DNA of 64,000 bases from Longimicrobiales bacterium (GTDB taxonomy: Bacteria; Gemmatimonadota; Gemmatimonadetes; Longimicrobiales; Gaopeijiaceae). Below are positions 52,084 through 63,664 of this stretch, one piece after another (position 1 is the stretch's first letter; each line of letters begins with the position of its first letter). The position numbers and the translations under genes were made by a program. Under the pieces are notes generated by a model. It ran no database searches, was not told where the DNA came from, and worked only from the letters and a program-made list of their open reading frames with translations. The stretch is from contig CBDDCX010000007.1 of assembly GCA_965226375.1 (NCBI GenBank), positions 626,336 to 690,335 on the forward strand, in the 5' to 3' direction.

Positions 52084-53301
52084 TCATCTATCGACACTGG
52101 TCACGCAACGAGCATTGAGTATTTGGAGAAATTCGTCCGCATCGACTTTTTCGAGTCGGCTGGCAATAAATTTGATAGAATTCCCCTTCTCCCACTCCTC
52201 CCATTTCTCTCGTACGGCACCACGCGCGCTCGAAAGGAGTTCGTTGCGGTCCGGGTGAATGATCAGGAAGCACCGGCTAGGCTTCGCATAGTACCACTCG
52301 ATCACTATCGAGTTGATCCCCTTATCCCCGAAGCTGTATCCGCAGACCACTAATTGATCAGCCTCACCAAGTGTAGAACTAAAACGGTGATGGAGATCAA
52401 GAAATATCGTTTGACTGTACGCTGCCACCTTGTTGAATGTACCGATCAACAGAAGGGGCCTGCCATCGACCGCCGTTTGACAGCTGCCGTCCTTACTTCG
52501 CGTGTGGTCATGATCGACGTTAAGAGGAATACCGATTCTCTCGTCATACCACGAGGAAGAACTGTCCGGACGAAAGCGGAACCAATTGACGGAGCCGTGC
52601 AGCTTCAGGAATGGGATCTTGTTCTTCGAATAGAGATCTCGGTTCCAATACCTGACACCGTTCTCTTCATCGGAGAATCCGTCAGCGATGGATATGTCCT
52701 GCGTGCTCAGGAAGTTTTCTAAGTGGGTGTCATGACACAGCGTCGAAATGCCGGTAAGGTGGCCAGACTTACAGGCCTCCACAATTATCTTCAGGTGATC
52801 AATGGGCTCTGGACTTGGGCAAAGACTTCTCCACACAATGTCCGAGATGTAGTTACACGTCTCTTCGAAAAGGGTAGACAAATCGTTCGGTACATCTAGA
52901 TGGTACGGTTTTTTTGGATTGGCATTCTCTGAGTTTGCAGCTTCGACCAATGGCAGCATGTCGGATTTCGCCTCGGTCATGAACCGGTGAATGGCGGGAT
53001 TCTCCATCTCACCGGAAGCCTCGTCCGATGCTTGCTTAGCCAAGTAAAACAAAGTTTCGTAATTGATCGGTCGTTTGTTCCGTGCCGCCGAGTAACGTTC
53101 CGCTTCGGCGAACAGCCAACGCACCATGCAGTTAGCTAGCTGCACAGAAAGGCTCATTGGTAATTTGGAATTAGTGAAGTATGATCCATCAGTGTGCCTT
53201 TCGACGCCCTTCCCTGACAAGATCAAATCGGTCAGACCTTGGGTGGTAGGGAAACCGGCTGGCACTGACGAGCCGGATCCCAACAAAATCGCGGTCTTCA
53301 T
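52084..53301 (-). CDS. SIR2-like (SIR2_2) domain protein, putative anti-phage NADase
   Basis: 'ILLGSGSSVPAGFPT', 'STLCHD' (TxNYD-like), 'FLKLHGSVNW', 'LVVCGYSFGDKGIN'; visibly lower GC. Confidence 0.85.
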   Translation of the reverse strand: MKTAILLGSGSSVPAGFPTTQGLTDLILSGKGVERHTDGSYFTNSKLPMSLSVQLANCMVRWLFAEAERYSAARNKRPINYETLFYLAKQASDEASGEMENPAIHRFMTEAKSDMLPLVEAANSENANPKKPYHLDVPNDLSTLFEETCNYISDIVWRSLCPSPEPIDHLKIIVEACKSGHLTGISTLCHDTHLENFLSTQDISIADGFSDEENGVRYWNRDLYSKNKIPFLKLHGSVNWFRFRPDSSSSWYDERIGIPLNVDHDHTRSKDGSCQTAVDGRPLLLIGTFNKVAAYSQTIFLDLHHRFSSTLGEADQLVVCGYSFGDKGINSIVIEWYYAKPSRCFLIIHPDRNELLSSARGAVREKWEEWEKGNSIKFIASRLEKVDADEFLQILNARCVTSVDR

Positions 53302-53632
53302 GTGTGTGACATCCTGCTGCCAGAATACTTCACATACTTGGAGCAACTACGGAGGTAGACATTGAGAAGCATGAGCCATTAACACCTGATGCGATGGCTA
53401 TTGTCCCTCTGAGGAGGCAGCGTAACGGTGCGAGGCAGCAGCATCTCATGTGAGGGCCTCCGGACGCCGGCGGCTGAGAACTGATCGCTGGTTAGTGCAC
53501 AGGGTGTTTGCCTCGATTGCAACAATCGTCACATGAGAATTCAGGACAGCCACGGCCCCCGAAATCGCCTAGCAGGGTCGTAACGGATGGCAAGGCACGG
53601 GATTACCAATGCTAGATGTCGGGGGTGGTATT

Positions 53633-54178
53633 TTAGTGAACTAGACCATCGCTGTAGAGCTGAGTCACCGTTCGACGTGCCATCGAACGCAGCAAATCGT
53701 CCATATCTGTCGCGTGGTATCCCTTACTTTCGGCTGTAGCTACCCACACGGACGAATATGATTCGGCTTCGAGGAGTTCCGCGTTGAAAAAAGCCCACGG
53801 TTGGTTCACAACCATATTAAGTGCCGCGTTGTAGTTGGAGTCATCCCCAGAGTCAGAAAGGAATAACATCAACAAGGCGTCCACAGAATTCCTGATCAGA
53901 ATGTCCTGGATGTCTGGCTCGGTATATTCACGACCGGGGAAAAGTACAGAGTATGAAGGCAAAAAGTGTCCTCGATCATCTGCCTCAGCGAATTCATCCT
54001 CCACAAGTTGACGCAACCGAAGATCTTCGAGTGGAAAGTAGACCAGAATTCGGGAGTATGGGTCCGCCATCATGTCCGGAGCCCGCAGCGATGTCATATT
54101 GGTGCTAGCGCAGGCTGGAAGCGCCAGAGTTATCCACCAAGAAACAGCTGAGCGTCTCCACTTATTTATGCGAATCAT
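53633..54178 (-). CDS. Hypothetical lipoprotein
   Basis: GGAGG RBS, lipobox LPAC, C-terminal 'VWVATAESKG..LLRSMARRTVTQLYSDGLV'. Confidence 0.7.
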   Translation of the reverse strand: MIRINKWRRSAVSWWITLALPACASTNMTSLRAPDMMADPYSRILVYFPLEDLRLRQLVEDEFAEADDRGHFLPSYSVLFPGREYTEPDIQDILIRNSVDALLMLFLSDSGDDSNYNAALNMVVNQPWAFFNAELLEAESYSSVWVATAESKGYHATDMDDLLRSMARRTVTQLYSDGLVH

Positions 54179-54739
54179 GGAGAATCCTCCGAATGTTATA
54201 CGACTCTTTTAATCTATCCGTAGCGCAACAATAGGAGCGACGGTTGCGCAGGGTCCTATGCTCTTCCTCCTCCTCGTGTCAGGTCTGGCCCGAGTGGAGC
54301 ATCCCTGGGCGTGCCACTTGCTCGGTATCCTTATGCCTTAAAGGCTGCGGTGTGTATATCTCCTGACTGCCCACACAGACAGGGCATCGTTATCGATGCT
54401 TCATGGAACGCCGGGGCACGGGTTTCTGTGATCTTCTGGGTGCCACGCGATATCCGGCCCCTGTCGGGAAAGTCATGAGGAGAAGTTAAGGGAGGCCCCG
54501 GAAAAGTCCAAGACGACACAGGCTGACTGTGTCCTCCGCAGACGCCTAATGCCCGGGATCTTCGCTGGACTACTGTGGGTCCGTTGCGTATGCCGCGCGA
54601 TCTGAAGCCGCCTGCGGCGATAGCTCGAGCGGAACCTGTGGCGGGGCCTGGTCCGGCGGACGCGTTTGTTTAGCGCACGGGAGCCAGCCCACGTATGTGG
54701 ACGCCCCCCTGGTTGGCAAGCCTGACGTCGTACCGAAGT

Positions 54740-55070
54740 CGGTGGCAGTCAGGTCAGGTACGGTCGTATGTGCGGCCTCTTGGTGCGGCACATTTCTGGC
54801 CGCGGGCCCGTATGGTGTTCGTGAGATCGGATCCAAATCGCAATGGCGGGCTCGGTGGCCCATCGTAGGCTACTGGTTTTTCCGACCCCGTCTTGCCGAC
54901 CGTTTGCCCCTACCTTGTCCGCCGTCCTGCCTGCCCTCTCCAGTTGGGACCTTCCCAGCTCATGCCCATTGGGGTGATCGAGCCGTCACCCCCGATGATC
55001 TCATCTCTCGCCTCCTCCGGGTTCCAGGTCTGGCCAACGCCTCCTCGCTACACTGATCTGACTTGCAAAC
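54740..55070 (-). ncRNA. Putative bridge/seekRNA of the IS1111-type element (boundaries approximate)
   Basis: Non-coding region containing four short segments that match the element's target flanks and circle junction (see findings). Confidence 0.75.
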
Positions 55071-55071
55071 C

Positions 55072-56118
55072 CTACGCTGCAGCCTCAACGACCCTTGTCA
55101 TTCCCCGTGCCCTGTAGCTCTCCCCCTTCACCGTCACGGCCCAGATGATGCGCGCCATCCTGTTGGCCAGTGCCACCGCAACCACCTTCCTCGGCTTCTC
55201 GTCCAGCATCCGCCGAAGCCAGGGATCGGTGACCTCCCCCCGTCGGATGGCACTCGAGATGACCGACGTCGCCCCCAGGTACAGGAGCCTCCTGATGTCG
55301 CGCTGACCCATCTTCGTGATTCGCCCCAGCCGCTGGCGGCCACCCGTCGAGGATTCACGCGGCGTGAGCCCTACCCATGCCCCGAAGTCGCGCCCCGTGC
55401 GGAAGCTCTCCATCGGTGGCGCAAAGGTGTGGACCGCCATCGCCGTGAGCTCTCCCACCCCCGGGATCGTCATCAGGCGCCGGAGCGCCTCGTCTTCCCT
55501 CACGATCCGACGGATCTCCCGGTCCATCTCATCGATCTCCGCATCCAGGTCGTGGATCCGCTCGATGAGGAGGCGTATCGCGGGGGGTACCAGCACCGGG
55601 AAGAACTCCTCACACTCCGCGTACGCCTCTTCCAGCCTCCCGACGTTGTGGATCCCGAGCGGAACGACGAGTCCGAACTCCGCGAGGTGACCCCGCAGCG
55701 CATTGATCGTCTGCGTCCGCTGGCGCACCAGCAGCTCCCGGGCCCGGAACACCACCGAGCGTGCCTGCTCCTCCTCGGTCTTCACGGCCACGAACCGCAT
55801 CGTCGGCCGCTGGGCCGCCTCGACGATCGCCCCGGCGTCGTTGGCATCGTTCTTCTGCCTCTTCACATAAGGCTTCACATACACCGGGGGAATCAGGCGG
55901 ACTTCGTGGCCGAGCTCCTGGATCTGCCGCCCCCAATGGTGGGCGCTGGCGCACACTTCCATTGCGACCCGGCAAACAGGCTGCTTGGCGAGGAACTCGA
56001 GCAGCTTCGAGCGCGTCAGCTTCCTGCGCAGCACGGGCTCACCGCCCTCCGTGGCCCCGTGCAGTTGGAAGTACCTCTTCGAGATATCGATGCCGATGAT
56101 GCTCACCACCTTGTCCAT
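55072..56118 (-). CDS. IS110-family DEDD recombinase/transposase
   Basis: 'IIGIDISK', 'VAMEVC', 'KRQKNDANDA', 'GLTPRESSTGG' (catalytic Ser), 'VALANRMAR'. Confidence 0.97.
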   Translation of the reverse strand: MDKVVSIIGIDISKRYFQLHGATEGGEPVLRRKLTRSKLLEFLAKQPVCRVAMEVCASAHHWGRQIQELGHEVRLIPPVYVKPYVKRQKNDANDAGAIVEAAQRPTMRFVAVKTEEEQARSVVFRARELLVRQRTQTINALRGHLAEFGLVVPLGIHNVGRLEEAYAECEEFFPVLVPPAIRLLIERIHDLDAEIDEMDREIRRIVREDEALRRLMTIPGVGELTAMAVHTFAPPMESFRTGRDFGAWVGLTPRESSTGGRQRLGRITKMGQRDIRRLLYLGATSVISSAIRRGEVTDPWLRRMLDEKPRKVVAVALANRMARIIWAVTVKGESYRARGMTRVVEAAA

Positions 56119-56222
56119 GGATCCCTCCTCTCGTGTCCCGAACGCACCCCGTGTGCGTTCTCCTCACCCGGCGCACGATGGCGCCCGGGGGGGGGGGGCG
56201 TCCACTCCATCGCAATGTTTAA

Positions 56223-58220
<1,998 letters not shown>

Positions 58221-58222
<2 letters not shown>

Positions 58223-58537
58223 GGCGTGGCCGTCGTCCGCACCGTGAGGGAGCTGCAGCGGGCCCTGACGATCCTCGAGAACTGGACCAACACATCTACA
58301 GCATCCGGCCCCTCCGCTGTTCCGGAACCCGACAGTGCGGCTCGCCGCGAGATCGCCCGAATCGAGCAGGCCATCCGCAAGAAGGATGACCGGGTGCTCA
58401 AAGAGTATGGCGACCTGCAGGCCTGCCTCAAGCGGATCGTCGAGCTGAACGACCTCCACCGATCCTCGACTCCCGGAACGATGATCCACGGCTTCGCGAC
58501 ATGGCGCTCGAGACGGCTCCCTGGAGGCCGATTTTGA
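58221..58537 (+). pseudogene. C-terminal remnant of orfX (copy 2)
   Basis: 'VAVVRTVRELQRALTILENW..EIARIEQAI..EYGDLQACLKR' aligns with 'VAVARTSREMDRALAVMSGW..ELARIERAI..EFGGLQAALKR' of 10900..11832. Confidence 0.85.
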
Positions 58538-58837
58538 ACGCGGATCGGCGAGGGTCGGTGCTGATCGGCGAGTGCACATCAGACAACGGGGTGCATGTGC
58601 ACCGAAACGCCATTTTCATGTGCGCGCCAGCGCTCCCTTATGTGCCTGGCTGTCTTGCAGTTGCGGCACGGCCGCCGGAGCGGCGACGCCGCTCCGGAGC
58701 TTTCGGCCGAAGAAGGGAGCGACCCCCCAGTCCGAGGGCCTGGTACGGGTTCGGGGGCAGGTGTGTTTGCGCACCTGCCCCCGCCCTCCTGGGGTCGCTC
58801 CCGAGCCATCGATCCTTCCAGGAAGGGTGTTGGACCG

Positions 58838-59612
58838 ATGAGGCCGGCTACGCTCGCCATCATCGGCACCGCTCTGGGAGCGGCCGCAGGCCACGCTTTC
58901 CGGGCGCCGTTCCCCGGCATGGGCGGCAACCCCGTGCTGGACTTGATCGCCTACCACGATCCGGGCTTCCACACGGTGATCCGCGTCTGGTACTACGCGG
59001 TCCCGGCCGTCGTCGTCGTCCTTGCCGGGAGCGTGTGCCTCTCGGTCTGGAGGGTGTGGCTTCAGCCGCCCGCAAGGGGCGGCGGCCGGGGCAGGCTCCC
59101 CGCCTGGCCCGCCTCGCCCGAGGACGACGCACCCTCGCTCGTGATTCGGCGAGCTGCACCATCCGACCGTTCCGCGAGAGAGCGAGCGGCCCTCCTGGCT
59201 CGTCGTTCCCGAGACGGGGCTGTACACGGGCGTCCTCATCGTCGGCGCCGTCGGCTCCGGCAAGACCACCGCCTGCATGTACCCGTTCGCCCAGCAGCTC
59301 CTCTCGTGGCAAGCCGACCGGGCCGGGCGCCGGGCCAGTGCCCTTGTGCTCGAGGTCAAGGGCGACTTCTGCTACAGCGTGCGCCGCATCCTCGACGCCG
59401 CCGGGCGCGGCGGCGACTACCTCGAGATCGGGCTCGACGGTTCGTTGCAGTGGAACCCGCTCGACGATCCGCTGCTCGACTCCTACTCGCTCGCCTACGG
59501 CGTCGCCTCCCTCATCAACCAGCTCTTCGGCAAGAGCCGAGAACCGTTCTGGCAGCAAGCCTATACGAATCTCGTGCGCTGGATCATCGAACTGTACCGG
59601 CTCATCCATTGA
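58838..59612 (+). pseudogene. VirD4/TraD-like coupling protein, N-terminal part (frameshift ~59145, truncated)
   Basis: N-terminal TM segments, Walker A 'GAVGSGKT', 'LVLEVKGDF', 'WNPLDD', 'EPFWQQA'. Confidence 0.8.
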
Positions 59613-59771
59613 CGTGCAGTAATGCTCCTTAGTGTACACATAAACATTGATATATAATGAGTTAGGAGATTTACCATGCTCCGGAACGTCCAGTGCCACC
59701 CCTTGACAGCCACGTCATTTATGGGGCACTTTTCTGGGGCAGATTCCAGCAACCTCAATCGGTGCCCCAAC

Positions 59772-61052
59772 ATGCCGCTGACCGACACCGCCATCCGAAA
59801 GGCCAAGCCCCGCGACAAGCCCCGAAAGCTCTACGACAGCCGCGGCCTGTACCTCGAGATCGCCCCGCGCGGCACCAAAGCCTGGCGCTTCAAGTACCGT
59901 TTCGCCGACAAGGAGAAGCGGATCTCGATGGGCATCTATCCCGAGGTCTCGCTGAAGCTCGCCCGTGAGCGGCGCGACGATTCCCGCAAGCTGCTGGCCC
60001 GGGACATCGACCCGAGCGCCTACCGGAAGGCGCAGAAGCAGTCGAAGCGGCAATGGGCCAGGAACAGCTTCGAGGCCGTGGCCGCTGAATGGCTCGCCAA
60101 GCACTCGCCGAACTGGTGCGCGAGCTACGCTCGGCGACTCGAGCGCGATCTGGGTAGGGACATCTTCCCGCGGATCGGAGAGAAGCCGGTCGCGGAGCTC
60201 ACGGCACCGGAGCTGCTGGCCGCGCTGCGCCGCATCGAAGCCCGCGGCACCCTGGACACGGCGCATCGCACGCTTCAGGTCTGTGGGCGGGTGCTGCGCT
60301 ATGCGGTGGCAACGGGCCGAGCGGAGCGGGACGTGTCGGGGGACCTGCGCGGAGCCTTCCCTCCGGTGAAGCGGAAGCACTTCCCGGCGATCACCGACCC
60401 GAAGGAGGTCGGCCCGCTTCTGCGGCTCCTGGACGGCTACCCGGGCACGCTGCCGGTGCGGTGCGCGCTGCGTCTGGCGCCGCTGCTCTTCGTGCGGCCC
60501 GGCGAGTTGCGCAAGGCCGAATGGGCCGACATCGACCTCGATGGAGCCGAGTGGCGCTACACGGCGACCAAGACCGACACGCCGCATGTGGTCCCACTGG
60601 CGCGTCAGGCGGTCGAGATCCTTCGCGAGTTGCATCCCGTGACGGGGCACCACCGCTACGTGTTCCCGAATGCGCGCTATCGGCAACGCGACCGGACGAT
60701 GAGCAACACCACCTTTTGGGGGGCGTTCCGGGCCTTGGACATCCCTCCGGAACGGATGACGCCGCATGGCTTCCGGGCGATGGCGCGCACCATCTTGGAC
60801 GAGGTGCTGGGCTTCCGGCCCGACTTCATCGAGCACCAGCTGGCCCACCGGGTCAGGGACCCCAACGGCCGGGCCTACAACCGGACGGCGTTCCTGCCCG
60901 AGCGCCGCGTGATGATGCAGGCCTGGGCCGACTATCTGGACCGGCTCAGGGCCGGGGAAGAGATCGAGGCGACTCACGGAACCGGGGCTTTCCGAAATAC
61001 CAACGTCGCCGGGGATCCGGAACACCAACTCACGGCCCGCCGTTCCCGGTAG
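59772..61052 (+). CDS. P4-type tyrosine integrase
   Basis: 'MPLTDTAIRKAKP..KLYDSRGLYLEI', 'VRPGELRKAEW', 'HGFRAMART', 'QLAH..GRAYNR'. Confidence 0.95.
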   Translation: MPLTDTAIRKAKPRDKPRKLYDSRGLYLEIAPRGTKAWRFKYRFADKEKRISMGIYPEVSLKLARERRDDSRKLLARDIDPSAYRKAQKQSKRQWARNSFEAVAAEWLAKHSPNWCASYARRLERDLGRDIFPRIGEKPVAELTAPELLAALRRIEARGTLDTAHRTLQVCGRVLRYAVATGRAERDVSGDLRGAFPPVKRKHFPAITDPKEVGPLLRLLDGYPGTLPVRCALRLAPLLFVRPGELRKAEWADIDLDGAEWRYTATKTDTPHVVPLARQAVEILRELHPVTGHHRYVFPNARYRQRDRTMSNTTFWGAFRALDIPPERMTPHGFRAMARTILDEVLGFRPDFIEHQLAHRVRDPNGRAYNRTAFLPERRVMMQAWADYLDRLRAGEEIEATHGTGAFRNTNVAGDPEHQLTARRSR

Positions 61053-61466
61053 CTGGAGCCGTGCCTCCCACGGTCGGCCCTGTCCCCAGCTCCCCGCCCG
61101 GGTCCTTCGCGGTAGCGCCGACACCCCGGCTGGACGGTCGGCGAACTGGGTGATCCGCCGCCTGGCAGCGGCGTTGAAAACCCTTCCCGGAGGGATATCT
61201 GGCCGGGAGCGACCCCAAGGGACGGGGGCCGGCGTGTGAAAACACACCTGCGTCCGAGCCCGCACCAGGCCCTCGGACTGGGGGGTCGCTCCCCTCCACG
61301 TCGGTGCTGCCCAGTGCGGCACCGGCGACCGGGTGGCAGCGAACGCAACTCCAAGCGCCCGCACGGGATAGCCGAATCCGGCGTCTGCGCATCTTCACGG
61401 GTGCCATGCGTGCATCGACCCCCAACGTCTCATGCACGCTCCAGTACGGCACAAGGCGTGGGCTTC

Positions 61467-62440
61467 TCATCGGAAGCGTGCCCCCGCGAGCCGAACCGTC
61501 CGCCAGGTGTCGGTGCGTTGCATCAGCCCCCGCCCTGCCTGCCTGCGCGCACGCTTCGTCAGCGCGACGCTGCGCTTCATCGCGGCCTGCAAGCCTCCGT
61601 ACTCCATCAGGACCGGGACATCCCCCTTGATGATGGCCTGGTCGATAAGGTCGATCTCGCGGCCGATCCCGTGGTCGAATTCGGAGGGGCGGGGATCGCG
61701 CGCCCAGTTGGCGAGCACGGTCTCCGCCCGGCTGTCCTCCTCCGGTGTCCGGACGATGGTCACGACCTCGATCCCGCAGCCGCGATCCCAGAGCGCCTTC
61801 CAGAGTTCGCGGTGCGCCGCGCCCCAGGAGCGGAGTGCCGTCGCTGTCTCGTGGCCCGGATCGAGGTAGACGAAAACGGCGCGCCGGGCGTCCAGCGCGA
61901 CCGGCAGCCGGAGCGGGAAGTAGCGCCGGAGGTTCCGGCCGCTCCCCGGTAGACCCGTTGGGGCAGGAGCGGGCGCTCGATGCCGAGCGCCTCGAAGGCG
62001 GCCACCTTCTCCGGCTCGGTCGGGAGCCAAGGCAGGCGGGAATGATCAAGCACATAGTCGAGCGAGAGCAGGCGCCGCATCAGCACTTCCGTGGAGGTGA
62101 TCCGGCGGCGGCGGCGGTTCCCGGCGCCGAGCGCCCGGTAGATCCGGCGCGCGTGGATTCGGCACACTCGACCGATGCCGTCGATGCCGGGCGGATCCTC
62201 TTCGACGGCCACGCCCTGCGCGACGAGGGCGCGGACGGCGCGGTGCACCTTTTCGTGGTGGCAACCCAGAAAGCTCGTCCACTGAGCCCGAGTGAACACG
62301 CCGCCATGGAGACAGGCCAAGGCGATCCACTCGGCCTGACGGCCCTCCCAGCCAAATCCCTCGAGTGCCCGTTCGCGTCCCCGCAGGTGGACGATGGCTC
62401 CGCTCGCCGCCGAGTTGAACTGCTGCTTCAGCGTCTTCAT
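61467..62440 (-). pseudogene. orfX copy 3, fused to the first codons of the HTH regulator; frameshift near 61935
   Basis: 'MKTLKQQFNS' followed by 'IVHLRGRERALEGFGWEGRQAEWIALACLHGG..' and, in the second frame, 'YFPLRLPVALDARRAVFVYLDPG..WRTVRLAGARFR'. Confidence 0.85.
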
Positions 62441-63204
62441 GCCCCTAACGGTGAGGAGCCGTTTGCAAGGAAGTCAACCCGTAGAAAACCTCCTAAATGC
62501 CTGTGGCGTTCAGAGACGTTCAGTACGGTACAGGGGCTGTTGGACACCGCCGCCAGCGGCTTGCCAAACGCCCCGTCGCCCTTCGCCGAAGGCTCCGTCA
62601 ATGGGTGCGGATCTCGACCGGACGTCGGCCTGCGCACGAACGATGCTGGGAATCTTCGAACCGGAGTGCCGTGTTCCGGGTCTGCGGCAGTCCGCAGCCG
62701 CGTTACTGCGGCAGATAGCTTGGGCGGGCCTATCTGGACGGGTCACAGCCGAAGCCCTCCCCCGCTGCTTCGGCGGCGTCCGCCGGGCTGGCTCGGAGCA
62801 CCTTACGGTGCAAGAGCCAGCCTACCCTTTGGGGCCACGCTTCGCGGGTCCCCGGCAGGGCTGGCAAGGGGTGGCTCCGCCCCCCTTCGATCCCCCGGAC
62901 GCCCGCGCTCCGGCGGAGTTCGCGGGCGGGGGGCTCGCCCCCCGTCCCTCTTGCCGGTGCGTCCTGAGTCGCGCGCCACACGAAGGACATATGGCGGCAG
63001 GCAGCTGCTGGGGTCGGTTGAGGGGACGCGGACTAGGAGAGGCCGCTAGAGGTCTCGTCGGCCAAATCAATGGGGAACTCGCCGAGGACACACGAGCAAA
63101 GTCTGCGCTCCGAACAGCCCTGCAGGCTCACCGTGGAAAACCAGGCAATGTTGATCCCAAAGCGCTGGCCGCGTAGTGGTCGGACCGGACCGACGCGGCG
63201 CATG

Positions 63205-63540
63205 TCAATATCCGTCGGGACGACCCCTCACTCGCCGAGCAGGTACTTGAAGCCGAGCATCATAGACAAAAGCAGTACCGAGATCCGAGGGAAGGTCGTA
63301 AAACCAGCGGTAGCCATCGGGCGTGCCGCTGCAAAGGTCATTCGGGTAACAGATATTGTCCCGGTTATGGCCCGCCTGCTTCATCACGGGATTCCAGTTC
63401 GTCCCGCCGCTCGCGCTCACGTACCACCCGTAAGACCCCGGCTGTTGACCCGCACCTTGTTCCGCTCCGCCGAGCAGGGTGCAGATCGCAAGCGTGGCTC
63501 CGAAGGCATGTAACTGCCAGGACAAAGGCATTTGAGTCAC
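63205..63540 (-). pseudogene. Secreted/outer-membrane protein N-terminus, probably truncated
   Basis: GGAGG RBS, signal peptide, 'GWYVSASGGTNW', a Cys pair; the frame then degenerates. Confidence 0.4.
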
Positions 63541-63664
63541 CTCCAGTTGAGTCCGATGGCCTTCATTTGAGGATACCGCCTCCCAAGGACCCCGATCAAG
63601 GGATCCACAACGGCCTGATCCTTCAGTTCAACGTGATCCTCTAAGGGACAAAAAGGAGGCAATC

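Larger units (their letters stand above)
54694..56212 (-). mobile_element. Complete IS110-family (IS1111-type) element
   Basis: Sub-terminal IRs GTGGACGCCCCCC (54697-54709) / GGGGGGCGTCCAC (56193-56205); CG core at 54692-54693 and 56211-56212; long non-coding region downstream of the transposase. Confidence 0.92.

Noticed and set aside
53415..53500. Integron attC site between the SIR2 and lipoprotein genes (CGTAAC..GTTAGTG)
   Set aside because: The R boxes are imperfect, I could not pair the L boxes convincingly, and no IntI-type integrase is present. IntegronFinder would settle it.
56187..56198. Phase-variable poly-G tract
   Set aside because: It lies in the IS1111 end overlapping the sub-terminal IR, and homopolymer length may be a sequencing artefact.
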